Assembly: GCA_964388455.1 (NCBI GenBank)
Contig: CAYMAN010000002.1
Span: 37,535 to 101,534, forward strand
Direction: 5' to 3'
Length of the DNA stretch: 64,000 bases
From: an uncultured Eubacteriales bacterium
GTDB taxonomy: Bacteria > Actinomycetota > Coriobacteriia > Anaerosomatales > JAAXUF01
This document shows, piece by piece, positions 45,385 through 54,694 of this stretch. Positions within the stretch are counted from its first letter, which is position 1. Each line of letters opens with the position of its first letter. The notes under the pieces are model-generated. The model had not been told where the DNA came from, did no database searches, and worked only from the letters and a program-made list of their open reading frames with translations. Both the position numbers and the translations under genes were made by a program.

Positions 45385-46539
45385 TTACTGCTTGGAAGCC
45401 TCAGGAGATTGGGCTTGCAGCGCTGTCGTGTAGCGGGCCCACGTCGCATCGACGAAGGCTGCTTCGCTGTGGCGTGCCGTGATGTCCGCGCGCCCGGCGT
45501 CGGCGAGTCGGCGTGCACGAGCCGGGTCGTCCAGGAGATCCAGCATCGCCTCCGCGAGCGCAGCGGAATCGCCCGGCGCCACCAGCAGGCCGGTCACGTC
45601 GTCTGTGACGACGTCGCTCGAGCCGCCCACCGCCGTCGCGATGACGGGGATGCCCAGCGCCATGGCCTGCGCGGTCACCGTGCCAAGGCCCTCCGTCAGA
45701 GAGGGCGACACGTGCAGGTCGAGTGCGGCGAGCATCGGCGCCGGCTCGTCCAGGTAGCCGAGCAGGTGCACTCGGTCAGACACGCCGAGCTGCTCGGCGA
45801 GCGCGGTGAGCGCGTCGCGCTGAGAGCCCTCTCCGGCGACGACCAGTGCTGCATCAGCGTGCAAGCTGGTGATCTCGGTGAAAGCGCGGATGAGCGTGTC
45901 GACGCCCTTGAGCCGTTCGAGCTGGCCTACCGCGGACCCTATGAGCGGCCTTCCCGGTGGAAGCGTGATCGGTGCGCGTGCGCGCTGGGAGAGATCCTCG
46001 GCGTTCACGGCCGCACCGCCGACGGTGACCACGCCGCGCACCCCGAGCCGTTGCAGGCTCTCGCGCACCGGTTCAGAAACCGCGAGCACGCCGTCGAGAG
46101 ACGGGCTGATACGAGTCAGGAGGAAGTTGCGGAACGCCGTGACGGCTGGTCGCGAACGACCGTCGGCAAACACCGATGTCGAGGCCGGGTCCACCACGAC
46201 ACTCACGAAGCGGGCCGTCGGACCGCCCGCTGGGCGCCCGAGCAGCAAGCCGGGCTCGGCGAGGACCAGTGGCACGGCGCTCATCGCGTGCAGAATATCC
46301 GGGTGCGTCTCGGCGAGCAGCGTGCGAAGCTCGCGTCGACCCCGCACGCTCGCCGAGAAGCCCGTGGAAGCGAACTCCACGCCGCGGGAGGCAGCCGCCT
46401 GTTCGAGCGCCGAGCCGCCAGGCCCGACGATGACCGCAGTGTCGCCGCGCCGCGCCGCGCTGGCGGCCAGCGTCAACGCGCGCAGTGCCGCACCGGTGAG
46501 GTGCTGGCGAGGGGCGTTGACCAGGTACGCGATGCGCAT
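45385..46539 (-). CDS. Family-4 (GT-B, group 1) glycosyltransferase
   Basis: GGAG RBS, start MRIAYLV. C-terminal HVSPSLTEGLGTVTAQAMALGIPVIATAVGGSSDVV (E-x7-E region). Confidence 0.85.
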   Translation of the reverse strand: MRIAYLVNAPRQHLTGAALRALTLAASAARRGDTAVIVGPGGSALEQAAASRGVEFASTGFSASVRGRRELRTLLAETHPDILHAMSAVPLVLAEPGLLLGRPAGGPTARFVSVVVDPASTSVFADGRSRPAVTAFRNFLLTRISPSLDGVLAVSEPVRESLQRLGVRGVVTVGGAAVNAEDLSQRARAPITLPPGRPLIGSAVGQLERLKGVDTLIRAFTEITSLHADAALVVAGEGSQRDALTALAEQLGVSDRVHLLGYLDEPAPMLAALDLHVSPSLTEGLGTVTAQAMALGIPVIATAVGGSSDVVTDDVTGLLVAPGDSAALAEAMLDLLDDPARARRLADAGRADITARHSEAAFVDATWARYTTALQAQSPEASKQ

Positions 46540-46695
46540 CAGGCGGCTCCTTCGCTGGTCCGTCGGCGCGGATGTGGCTGCGTGTGCGTTCTTTTCGTAG
46601 GATAGGATGGTGTTGGTATGACGACAGCGTAGCGTACCTGCGGTTGTTGGAGTGCAGCGGGTGGAGTCGGTGCAGTAAAGGAGGGGAGAGTCGAC

Positions 46696-47529
46696 ATGGA
46701 CCAGCGAGCCATGAGTGAGCCCAGACTGCTGCTCTACCACGACCTCACCCTCCGTGGCTCGATCACGGCCGAGCTGGCCACTGAGCGATTCGAGACACAA
46801 CTCTCCCTCATCACGCAGATGGGCTTTCGCTTCGCGACGATGGGTGAATACCTCGCGGGAGAGTTGGGTCCGCGTGACGTGGTCGTCACCTTCGACGACG
46901 GACTGCGTAGCTTCCATCAGGTCGCCTGGCCGGTCATGCGCCGCCGCTTTATCAAGCCTACCCTCTTCGTGGTCTCGGAGTTCGCCGAGCGAACCGACGC
47001 GCACGAGAAGCTCATGACCTGGGATGACGTTCACGAGGTTGCCGCGGCCGGCGCCACTATCGGTTGCCACGCCGCAAGCCACGTGCCGCTCGACCAGATT
47101 CCACCGGAGCAGATGCGCCGCGAGATCACGCGCTCACTTGCCGCATTCGCCGAGCAGGGCTTGCCGACCACGACGCTCGCCTACCCGTTTGGTCGCTACA
47201 ACGAAGTGGTGAAGGTTGCGACCCGGGAAGCCGGATTCGAGGCGGCGTTCACTGTCATGAAAGGCGGCGCCGACCGCTTCGAGATCCGCCGCCGACTCCT
47301 CACCGGTGCCGAGAACCCCGCGACTCTGCTCCTGACGCTCTCCGACGGCTTCTTCGCGCTGCGAGAGGCCGCGCGCGGCGTGATCCCGCGACGCTATCTC
47401 AAGCAGGAGCAGCCCGTCGCGCAGTCCCGCTGGGGCGCGCAGGCGTTCGGCTTGCCCGAGGAACCAGCGACGGACAGGTTCGCGGAATCGGCTCGGTTGA
47501 ACGATCCGCTCGGCGAAACCGACGAGTGA
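46696..47529 (+). CDS. Polysaccharide deacetylase (CE4 / NodB homology domain)
   Basis: AGGAGGGGAG RBS. VVTFDDGLRS, GCHAASHVPL, LAYPFGRYN. Confidence 0.85.
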   Translation: MDQRAMSEPRLLLYHDLTLRGSITAELATERFETQLSLITQMGFRFATMGEYLAGELGPRDVVVTFDDGLRSFHQVAWPVMRRRFIKPTLFVVSEFAERTDAHEKLMTWDDVHEVAAAGATIGCHAASHVPLDQIPPEQMRREITRSLAAFAEQGLPTTTLAYPFGRYNEVVKVATREAGFEAAFTVMKGGADRFEIRRRLLTGAENPATLLLTLSDGFFALREAARGVIPRRYLKQEQPVAQSRWGAQAFGLPEEPATDRFAESARLNDPLGETDE

Positions 47530-47537
47530 ACCCGCCG

Positions 47538-49379
47538 TTACGGAGCGGCTGTGTCGACTTTGATCAGTACTGTCGCGCCGAGCGGGGCTTCCACGTCCTT
47601 CTTGGGACTCTGCTCGAACACCAGCCCCGTGTTGCTGTGCAACTCTGGGACTACGTTCACCTCAAAGCCGGCCGCCACGAGCTTCGCCCTCGCCTCGGCC
47701 TCGGTCAAACCAATGACGTCCGGCACCAATGCGGTTGCCGGCCCCGAGGACACAGTGATCGTCACGGTAGAGTCCTTGGGAATGGATCCGCCGTTGGGGT
47801 TTTGGCTGATGACGATGCCCTTCTTCGCGGTGTCGCTGTTCTCGGTCTTCACCGACACCTTGAAGCCGGCCTTCTTGAGAGCCGCCGTCGCCTGCGACTG
47901 GGTCTTTCCAGCGACCGACGGCACCATCACGAGCTCTGCACCGCGTGATACCACGTAGTTCACCACGGTGCCCTTCTTGAGCCTCTCACCGGCGGCAGGA
48001 TCCTGCTCGAACACCTTGCCAGCCTCGACATCCTTGTTGAACTTCTGATCGAGCGGCTGCGGGCTGAATCCGGCCTCTGTGAGCAGCTTGAACGCGTCTG
48101 TCTGGGCCATTCCTATCACGCTGGGAACAATCGCGACGTCCGCACCCTTGCTGACCTCGAGGTCGATGGGCGCACCCTTCTTGGCCTCGTCGCCGGCGTT
48201 CGGTGTCTGCTTGGTTACGAGCCCCGTGTCCACGTTGTCCGAGAACACCGGGGTGACGTTGCCGAGGACGAATCCGGCGTTGTTGAGCACCTTTGTCGCC
48301 TCGGCGACCGTACGTCCGCTGACGTCGGGAATCGGTGTCGTGCGAGCGCCGAGAAGGTCCATATTCCACGCCAGCCCGAGACCGGCGAGCACGAGCAATA
48401 CGCCCAACAGAATCCAAGGCCAGATCGGTCTCTTGGTGGGAAGCTGTCGACGGTCGCCCTGGCCATACGGCGTGGTGGGCCCACCGACGGCGGGCATCAC
48501 CGCGGTCTCATCCATAGCTGCGGCGCCTGAGGCCATCGCGCCTGCAGCAGCCGCGTTCACCGGCTGACCCTGTGCGACACGCAGCAGGTCCCGGCGCATC
48601 TCGTCTGCCGAAGGGTAGCGATCCGTGGGGCGCTTGGAGAGCGCCTTCATGATGACGGCCTCAAGGGCCGGATCGATGTTCGGGTTCACTTCCGAGGCGC
48701 GGCGCGGCATCTCGTTGACCTGCTTGAGCGCCACCGCGACGGGGGTGTCGGCGTCAAACGGCAGCTCACCGGTCGCCGACTCGTAGAGCACGACACCCAG
48801 CGAGTAGAGGTCACTCGTGGCGGTCAGCGGCTTGCCCTGCGCCTGCTCGGGCGAGACGTAGTGAGCCGTGCCGAGAACCGAACCCGTCTGCGTCATGGTC
48901 GAGTTCCCGGCGCGCGCGATACCGAAGTCCATGACCTTCACCGAGCCGTCCGGCTGCACCATGATGTTGTGCGGCTTGATGTCCCGGTGGATGATGTCGT
49001 ACCCGTGCGCGACACTCAGCGCCGAGCAGACCTGAGCGCCTACATCTGCGACCTTGCGACCCGGGATGGCGCCCTTCTGCTGGATGATCGACTTGAGGTC
49101 GGTGCCGCGTACGTACTCCATGACGATGTAATACGTCTCGCCGTCCTGGCCCCAGTCGTACATGTTCACGATGTTGGGTGAGACGAGATTGGCAGCGGCC
49201 TGTGCCTCCTGGCGGAAGCGCGCTGCGAACGCGGGGTCGGAAGCGTAGCGAGCATGCATCACCTTGACGGCGACGGTTCTGCCCAACGTCTCGTCGACGG
49301 CCTTGTACACATCCGCCATGCCACCGGTGCCGATCTTCTCGGTAGCGCGGTATCTACGTCCGAATACCAACTCTTCCAC
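47538..49379 (-). CDS. pknB: Ser/Thr protein kinase PknB with one TM and four extracellular PASTA repeats
   Basis: GTGGMADVYKA, VAVK, HRDIKPHN, DFG. Four PASTA-like units (..VPDVSGRTVAEATKVLNNAGF.. etc). Confidence 0.9.
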   Translation of the reverse strand: MEELVFGRRYRATEKIGTGGMADVYKAVDETLGRTVAVKVMHARYASDPAFAARFRQEAQAAANLVSPNIVNMYDWGQDGETYYIVMEYVRGTDLKSIIQQKGAIPGRKVADVGAQVCSALSVAHGYDIIHRDIKPHNIMVQPDGSVKVMDFGIARAGNSTMTQTGSVLGTAHYVSPEQAQGKPLTATSDLYSLGVVLYESATGELPFDADTPVAVALKQVNEMPRRASEVNPNIDPALEAVIMKALSKRPTDRYPSADEMRRDLLRVAQGQPVNAAAAGAMASGAAAMDETAVMPAVGGPTTPYGQGDRRQLPTKRPIWPWILLGVLLVLAGLGLAWNMDLLGARTTPIPDVSGRTVAEATKVLNNAGFVLGNVTPVFSDNVDTGLVTKQTPNAGDEAKKGAPIDLEVSKGADVAIVPSVIGMAQTDAFKLLTEAGFSPQPLDQKFNKDVEAGKVFEQDPAAGERLKKGTVVNYVVSRGAELVMVPSVAGKTQSQATAALKKAGFKVSVKTENSDTAKKGIVISQNPNGGSIPKDSTVTITVSSGPATALVPDVIGLTEAEARAKLVAAGFEVNVVPELHSNTGLVFEQSPKKDVEAPLGATVLIKVDTAAP

Positions 49380-49522
49380 GTGTTACTCCCCGTGCTCGTC
49401 ACCTGCGGGAAAGATTCCCGACTGTCTGCATTCTAGACCACTTGGTACTCATGCTCGCCGAGTAGCACTCGCCGTTTGTGCGGCGTTACTCGGAGTGAGA
49501 GGCTCTTCGCCGTTCTTGTGAC

Positions 49523-52282
49523 TCACTTCGCCTTCTTCTGCGCAGCGAGCGCAGCCGCCAATACCGACTGCGCTGCAGGAGCAGCGACTCTTCCGCCAAC
49601 GCCGCCACCTTCGATCATGATCGCCATCGCGACGGTCGGGTTCTCGGCGGGGGCGAAGGCGATGAACCAGGCGTTGGTCGCCTTACCCTTGGCCACTTCG
49701 GCGGTGCCGGTCTTGCCGGCGACGCGCACACCGGGCACCCGCGCGCGTGAGCCGGAACCGTTCCTGACGACCTCCTCCATGACGCTTGCGACCTGTCCTG
49801 CCGTGACGGCATCGGTCGCGGTGCGATACACGCTGCTGCTGGTAAGGCCCAGCTCGTCGCCGAGCGTGTTCTCTATCGAGCCGACGATGTGTGGCTGCAT
49901 GACGACGCCGTCGTTGGCGATGCCTGCGGCGACGAGCGCCATCTGCAGGACGGTCGCCTGCGGACCGGCGGGGCTCTCATGCTCGCCGACCGGCTGTCCG
50001 ACGCCCGCCCATGCGGTCTCCCACTCGGTCATCTCTGCCGGGTCGGGCATGAGGGATGACTTCACGGGAAGCTCGAGGTCGGGCTGGGCATCGAAGCCGA
50101 AGAGGTCGGCCTGCTTCACGAGCGCGGGCGCGCCCATGTCGACAGCGAGTTGCGCGAAGACGGTGTTGATCGAGCTGGTGGTGGCCTTGATGAGGTTCAC
50201 CTTGCCGTAGCTGCCGCCCTCGAAGTTGCGGACCGGTGCACCGCCGATCTCGAGTGTGCCCGGTCCGGGGTAGGCGGTCTGAGTGGTCGCGATACCGCCG
50301 GCGAGGGCGCCGGTGAGCGTCACGACCTTGAACGTGGAGCCCGGTGCGAAGAGCGCCGAGCGCGAGCGGTCGATGAGGGGCGCGCCGCTGTCGGGGGCGT
50401 TGAGCTTCTCCCAGTCCTTGTCGACCGTGGCCGGATTGAAGCCGGGGTTGGCGGCCATCGCAAGCACCGCGCCGTCGCGCGGATCGAGAACGACGACCGC
50501 GCCGTCACGTCCGTCGAGTGCACGTTCCGCTGCCTTCTGCACGCGGCTATCGAGCGTGAGTACGACGTCGTTGCCGGGCACCGAGCGTCCGGCGGCCGAG
50601 TCGATGACGTCGGCCCACGTGGCGTAGGCGCGCTTCCCGCCGGAGAGCGCGTCGTTCTCGGCGGCTTCGATGCCTGCACGGCCGTAGCGGGAGCTGTAGT
50701 AGCCGATCACGTGCGAGGCCATCGTGTTTCTGGGATAGGTGCGCCTGAAGGTGCCACGGCCGGTGGGTTCTGACTCCGCCAGCACGACACCGTCGCGTGT
50801 CAGAATCGAGCCGCGATCCTGCCGCGCCGCTTCTGCGAGTCCTCGAGAGTTGGCGGCGTGGTTTTGCAGCGTGCGCGCGGTGACTACCTGTATCCACGTG
50901 AGGTTCACCACGAGTGCGACCAGCAGCACCGACAGGACGATGGCGGTGTTGGTCAGCCGTCGTCCCAGCGCGAGGCGGCCAAGCACGCCGAGGTCGGTCG
51001 AGGTGGTCACCATCTCGGTTTCGACGCCGGTGCCCTCATCGCCGGCTCGAAGTAGCAGCGCGAGTGCGATGAAGCTCGAAAGCAGCGATGAACCGCCGTA
51101 ACTCACAAAGGGGAGCGTTACGCCTGTGAGCGGAATCAGCCGCGTTACGCCGCCGATGATGACGAACGCCTGCACCGCGATGGCCGCGACCAGTCCGACT
51201 GCGGTGAACGCCGCCATGTCGGTCTTGGCGCGCGATGCAGTCGCTAGCCCGCGCAGCGTGAACGCGACGAAGCACAGCACGATGGCCGCGCCGCCCAGGA
51301 GCCCCAGCTCCTCGCCGATCGCCGAGAAGATGAAGTCGGTGGCGACGAACGGGATGCGCGTCGGTAACCCTTGGCCGAGTCCGGTGCCGATGAGTCCGCC
51401 CGCGGCGAGCGCGAACAGCGACTGCACCAGCTGGTAGCCCTTGCCCGCAGCATCTGCGAACGGGTGCAGCCAGATGTTCACGCGTGTCTGCACGTGCGTG
51501 AAGAAGAAGTAGGCGGTTGTCGCGCCAATCCCGAACAACCCAAGGCCAACCACCACGTATGCGACGCGGCCCGTGGCCACATAGATCATCACCAGGAAGA
51601 TGGCGAAGAACAGCAGCGATGAACCCAGGTCGCGCTCGAACACCAGCACGAGCAGCGAGATGATCCACATGAGCAGCACCGGCCCGAGCGTTCTGGGCTC
51701 AGGAAGCCGCAAGCCCCAGATCCGGCGCGTTGATACCGAGAGCAGCTCGCGGTTCTCGGCCAGATAGGCGGCGAGGAAGAGGACGATGAGTATCTTTGCG
51801 ATCTCACCCGGCTGAAACGACATGCCGGCGAAGTGAATCCACAGCTTGGCGCCGTTGATCTCGCGGCCGATGAAGGCGGGGAGCAGGAGCAGCACGAGGC
51901 CGCTGACCATGATCGTGTACTTGTAGCGCGCGAGAGACTCGAGCGACGGGACCAACACCAGCGTCAGAACGAGTGCCGCCACGCCGATAAAGAGCCACAT
52001 CACCTGGCTGGTGGCGAGCTCCGGGTCGAGCCGCGTGACGAACGCGAGACCCACGCCCGCAAGCACGAACACGATCGGGAGCAGTCCGGGGTCGGCGTTG
52101 GGGGTGAAACGGCGCACGGTGAGGTGGGCGACGAAGAACGCGAGGAGCAGCGCGCCGGGTACGAGGAGCGCCGACCACTCGAACGAGTTGAGCTTCTGCG
52201 CGTCCACGAGGGCGAAGACCAGCAGCACCGGCGGCGTGGCGGCGAGCAGGAGCAGGAGTTCTGTGGTTCGGCGCGATCGCAT
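49523..52282 (-). CDS. In-frame fusion of a SEDS glycosyltransferase (RodA/FtsW-like) and a class-B PBP transpeptidase (PbpA-like), 919 aa
   Basis: The ATG at 52282 gives MRSRRTTELL.. The SEDS part runs to about aa 412 (..LPFVSYGGSSLLSSFIALALLL). A ~20-aa linker precedes the PBP TM anchor and transpeptidase (STFK in GSTFKV, KTGTA). No stop codon between the two parts. Confidence 0.85.
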   Translation of the reverse strand: MRSRRTTELLLLLAATPPVLLVFALVDAQKLNSFEWSALLVPGALLLAFFVAHLTVRRFTPNADPGLLPIVFVLAGVGLAFVTRLDPELATSQVMWLFIGVAALVLTLVLVPSLESLARYKYTIMVSGLVLLLLPAFIGREINGAKLWIHFAGMSFQPGEIAKILIVLFLAAYLAENRELLSVSTRRIWGLRLPEPRTLGPVLLMWIISLLVLVFERDLGSSLLFFAIFLVMIYVATGRVAYVVVGLGLFGIGATTAYFFFTHVQTRVNIWLHPFADAAGKGYQLVQSLFALAAGGLIGTGLGQGLPTRIPFVATDFIFSAIGEELGLLGGAAIVLCFVAFTLRGLATASRAKTDMAAFTAVGLVAAIAVQAFVIIGGVTRLIPLTGVTLPFVSYGGSSLLSSFIALALLLRAGDEGTGVETEMVTTSTDLGVLGRLALGRRLTNTAIVLSVLLVALVVNLTWIQVVTARTLQNHAANSRGLAEAARQDRGSILTRDGVVLAESEPTGRGTFRRTYPRNTMASHVIGYYSSRYGRAGIEAAENDALSGGKRAYATWADVIDSAAGRSVPGNDVVLTLDSRVQKAAERALDGRDGAVVVLDPRDGAVLAMAANPGFNPATVDKDWEKLNAPDSGAPLIDRSRSALFAPGSTFKVVTLTGALAGGIATTQTAYPGPGTLEIGGAPVRNFEGGSYGKVNLIKATTSSINTVFAQLAVDMGAPALVKQADLFGFDAQPDLELPVKSSLMPDPAEMTEWETAWAGVGQPVGEHESPAGPQATVLQMALVAAGIANDGVVMQPHIVGSIENTLGDELGLTSSSVYRTATDAVTAGQVASVMEEVVRNGSGSRARVPGVRVAGKTGTAEVAKGKATNAWFIAFAPAENPTVAMAIMIEGGGVGGRVAAPAAQSVLAAALAAQKKAK

Positions 52283-52290
52283 GGTCGCCC

Positions 52291-53487
52291 CTATGGTGTC
52301 GGCACGGCGGCCGACGACTCGGTCGATGGCGCGAACCCAGGCGTCATCGAGGGCTGTTGCGAGCGTAGCTTCTCCTCGGCGGTGGCACGGAGATCGGCGA
52401 CCAGGGCATTGGCCTCGGCGAGGCTCGCGAGTTGGATCTTTTGGGTGAGACGCGCCTGATCGGCGGGAGAGAGGAGTGCGACGTTGATGGTGGTCTCCTC
52501 GGCGCGCCAGTTCCAGGCGAGGTTGGCGAAGCGGCCGGGGACGCCGCGGTAGACGACGACGGTGGTGACCGGCGCAGCGTTGTACTTGCTGGGGCCGCCG
52601 CTGCGCGTCTCGCTTGTCACGAAGGCGCGGGACTGGGCGTAGAGATAGCTGCCGTAGCCGATGCCGCCCACGATGAGCGCGAACAGCAGCAGCCAGCCGA
52701 TGACGGCGAGCCAGCCACGACCCGCGCGGGCGCCGGACGCATCCACAGTGGCCCCGGCGCGCGTGCTGCCGTCGCCCTCGATGTCGACGATGACGACCGA
52801 GATGTTGTCGTGACCGCCGGCGTCGTTCGCGGCGTCGATGAGCGCGCGGGCCGCGATATTGGTGTCGCGGTACGCGCCGAGCATCTCGGCGATGGCGGCG
52901 TCTTCGAGCATGCCGGTCAGGCCGTCGGAGCACAGCAGAAGCCGGTCGCCGGACTCGGCGTCGACCTCGTAGGTGTCGGCGACCATGTTGGGGTCGGTGC
53001 CCAGCGCGCGCGTGATGACGCTGCGGTTGGGGTGATAGCGCGCCTCGGCCTCCGTGAGCTGGCCGCGGCGGATCATGTCGGCGACCATCGAGTGGTCGTC
53101 GGTGAGTTGCTGGAGCGCGCCGGCGTGCAGCAGGTACGCGCGCGAGTCGCCCACGTGCGCGAGCACGATGTGCGAGCCCTCGACGATGGCGGCGGTCATG
53201 GTCGTGCCCATGCCGGCCTTGCCGTAGCCCTCGCGGGCCGCGCGGATGACCTCGCGGTTGGCGGCCTTCACCGCGCGAGCGAGCGCTTTCGCGTCCGGGC
53301 GGCGAGGCGCGTGATCGCGCAGAGTCTCGACCGCGATCGCCGAGGCTACCTCGCCGGCCTCGTGCCCGCCCAGACCGTCGGCGACCACGAACAGTGGCGG
53401 CTGGGCCAGCACACTGTCCTCGTTGTGGGTGCGGACGCGGCCGATGTCGGAGAGCGCCGTCCACGACTGCTTGGTGCGGGGCGTCAT
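52291..53487 (-). CDS. pstP: PP2C-family Ser/Thr phosphatase PstP with a C-terminal TM helix and extracytoplasmic tail
   Basis: SDIGRVRTHNEDS, VADGLGGH, DGL, GHDNISVVIV. TM helix WLAVIGWLLLFALIVGGIGY. Confidence 0.9.
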   Translation of the reverse strand: MTPRTKQSWTALSDIGRVRTHNEDSVLAQPPLFVVADGLGGHEAGEVASAIAVETLRDHAPRRPDAKALARAVKAANREVIRAAREGYGKAGMGTTMTAAIVEGSHIVLAHVGDSRAYLLHAGALQQLTDDHSMVADMIRRGQLTEAEARYHPNRSVITRALGTDPNMVADTYEVDAESGDRLLLCSDGLTGMLEDAAIAEMLGAYRDTNIAARALIDAANDAGGHDNISVVIVDIEGDGSTRAGATVDASGARAGRGWLAVIGWLLLFALIVGGIGYGSYLYAQSRAFVTSETRSGGPSKYNAAPVTTVVVYRGVPGRFANLAWNWRAEETTINVALLSPADQARLTQKIQLASLAEANALVADLRATAEEKLRSQQPSMTPGFAPSTESSAAVPTP

Positions 53488-53900
53488 GAACGATCCACCT
53501 TGAGCTTCACGGCGCCGATGTCGACGGTGTCACCAGGACGCAGTGTCATCGCGTTGGTCACGCGCTGGCCGTTGAGCAGCGTGCCGTTGGTCGAGCCGAG
53601 GTCTTCGAGCACAGCGCCGTCGCCGCTGGGCGAGAAGCGCGCGTGCTTGCCGGAGACGAAGTCGTCGCCGATCACGATGTCGGCGCCCGGAGACCTTCCG
53701 ATGACGACAGGGCCGTTGATCGGCACCGTCACGCCCTGGAGTTCACGCGGCCCTTTGGTTACCGAGACGGTCCAGGCTCCGCGGCCCCGTACGCGTTGGC
53801 CGGCGACCAGGCCGATACCGGTCTTCACCGCGGCGAACAGAAACAGGTACAGCAGTGCCAGGAGGAGAAGACGCCCGGCGAGCAGCACGACGTCGATCAT
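53484..53900 (-). CDS. fhaB: FhaB-like small FHA-domain protein with an N-terminal TM helix
   Basis: TM then FHA core GRSPGADIVIGDDFVSGKHARF..LGSTNGTLLNG. ATGA overlap with pstP. Confidence 0.85.
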   Translation of the reverse strand: MIDVVLLAGRLLLLALLYLFLFAAVKTGIGLVAGQRVRGRGAWTVSVTKGPRELQGVTVPINGPVVIGRSPGADIVIGDDFVSGKHARFSPSGDGAVLEDLGSTNGTLLNGQRVTNAMTLRPGDTVDIGAVKLKVDRS

Positions 53901-53905
53901 GCGGC

Positions 53906-54694
53906 TCAGCCCCTGGGTTCGTGGTAGACGAGCTCGGTGATGCCGACAACGATCACGTCGTTGTTGCGGAGTGTCTGGCGATCGATGACCTTGCCGTTGA
54001 CGAGGGTGCCGTTGGTCGAGCCGAGGTCCTCGACGGCCCAGCCTGCCCCCTCGCGTACGAAGGCTGCGTGCTGGCGCGAGGTGTTCACGTCGGCGATGCG
54101 GATGTCGCAGCCGGCGATGCGGCCGATGACCATACGCTCGCCACGCAGCACCACGTCGTGGTCGACATCGCGCACGGTGACGGTGGCTATGCCGGGTGCG
54201 GGCGCGCCGAGGTCGTCGGCGTCCTCGGACTCGGCGTCGAAGAGAAGGCCGGCACGTACTACCGGCGCCGGGACGGGGGCGTCCTCGGCCGGGAGGTTGT
54301 CGCCCAGCTCCTCTGCGAGTTCCTCGGGGGAGAGCAGTTCACCGATGATGTCGAAGCGGCCGAGCTTGAGCTCGTCGTCGACGATGAAGCGCACCACGGG
54401 GCGCGCGGCCAGCGAGAGCGAGCGCTCGCGCGCGTAACTCACAAGGTACGTCTCGAGTTCCCCGGCGAGTGTGTCGGCGAATCCACCCAGCTGCTGGTCG
54501 TCTTCAGGCGAGAGCAGGATGTTGTAGAGCGTCGGCGCGTAGACTTTGCCGATGCCGACCACCCGGCGGCGATCCATCTCTTTGGCGGCCGCGCGCGCGA
54601 GTTCAGCCGGTTGCACGGGCGAGCGGAACACGCCCGCGAACATGCCTTCGACGCCTCGGCCGATCCTGTCTTCAAAGTCAGAGAGAATGCTCAC
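53906..54694 (-). CDS. fhaA: FhaA-like protein (N-terminal DUF3662-like domain plus C-terminal FHA)
   Basis: The GTG at 54694 overlaps the kinase stop (GTGA). N-terminus SILSDFEDRIGRGVEG. C-terminal FHA GRIAGCDIRIADVNTSRQHA..LGSTNGTLVNG. Confidence 0.85.
   Translation of the reverse strand: MSILSDFEDRIGRGVEGMFAGVFRSPVQPAELARAAAKEMDRRRVVGIGKVYAPTLYNILLSPEDDQQLGGFADTLAGELETYLVSYARERSLSLAARPVVRFIVDDELKLGRFDIIGELLSPEELAEELGDNLPAEDAPVPAPVVRAGLLFDAESEDADDLGAPAPGIATVTVRDVDHDVVLRGERMVIGRIAGCDIRIADVNTSRQHAAFVREGAGWAVEDLGSTNGTLVNGKVIDRQTLRNNDVIVVGITELVYHEPRG

Noticed and set aside
52283-53464. N-terminal 394 aa of the 1313-aa track ORF (Arg/His/Gly-rich), which would make the SEDS-PBP protein even longer.
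   Set aside because: This stretch overlaps the well-supported pstP gene in another frame and has no TM or domain features. The ATG at 52282 gives a canonical RodA/FtsW N-terminus 8 nt after the pstP stop.
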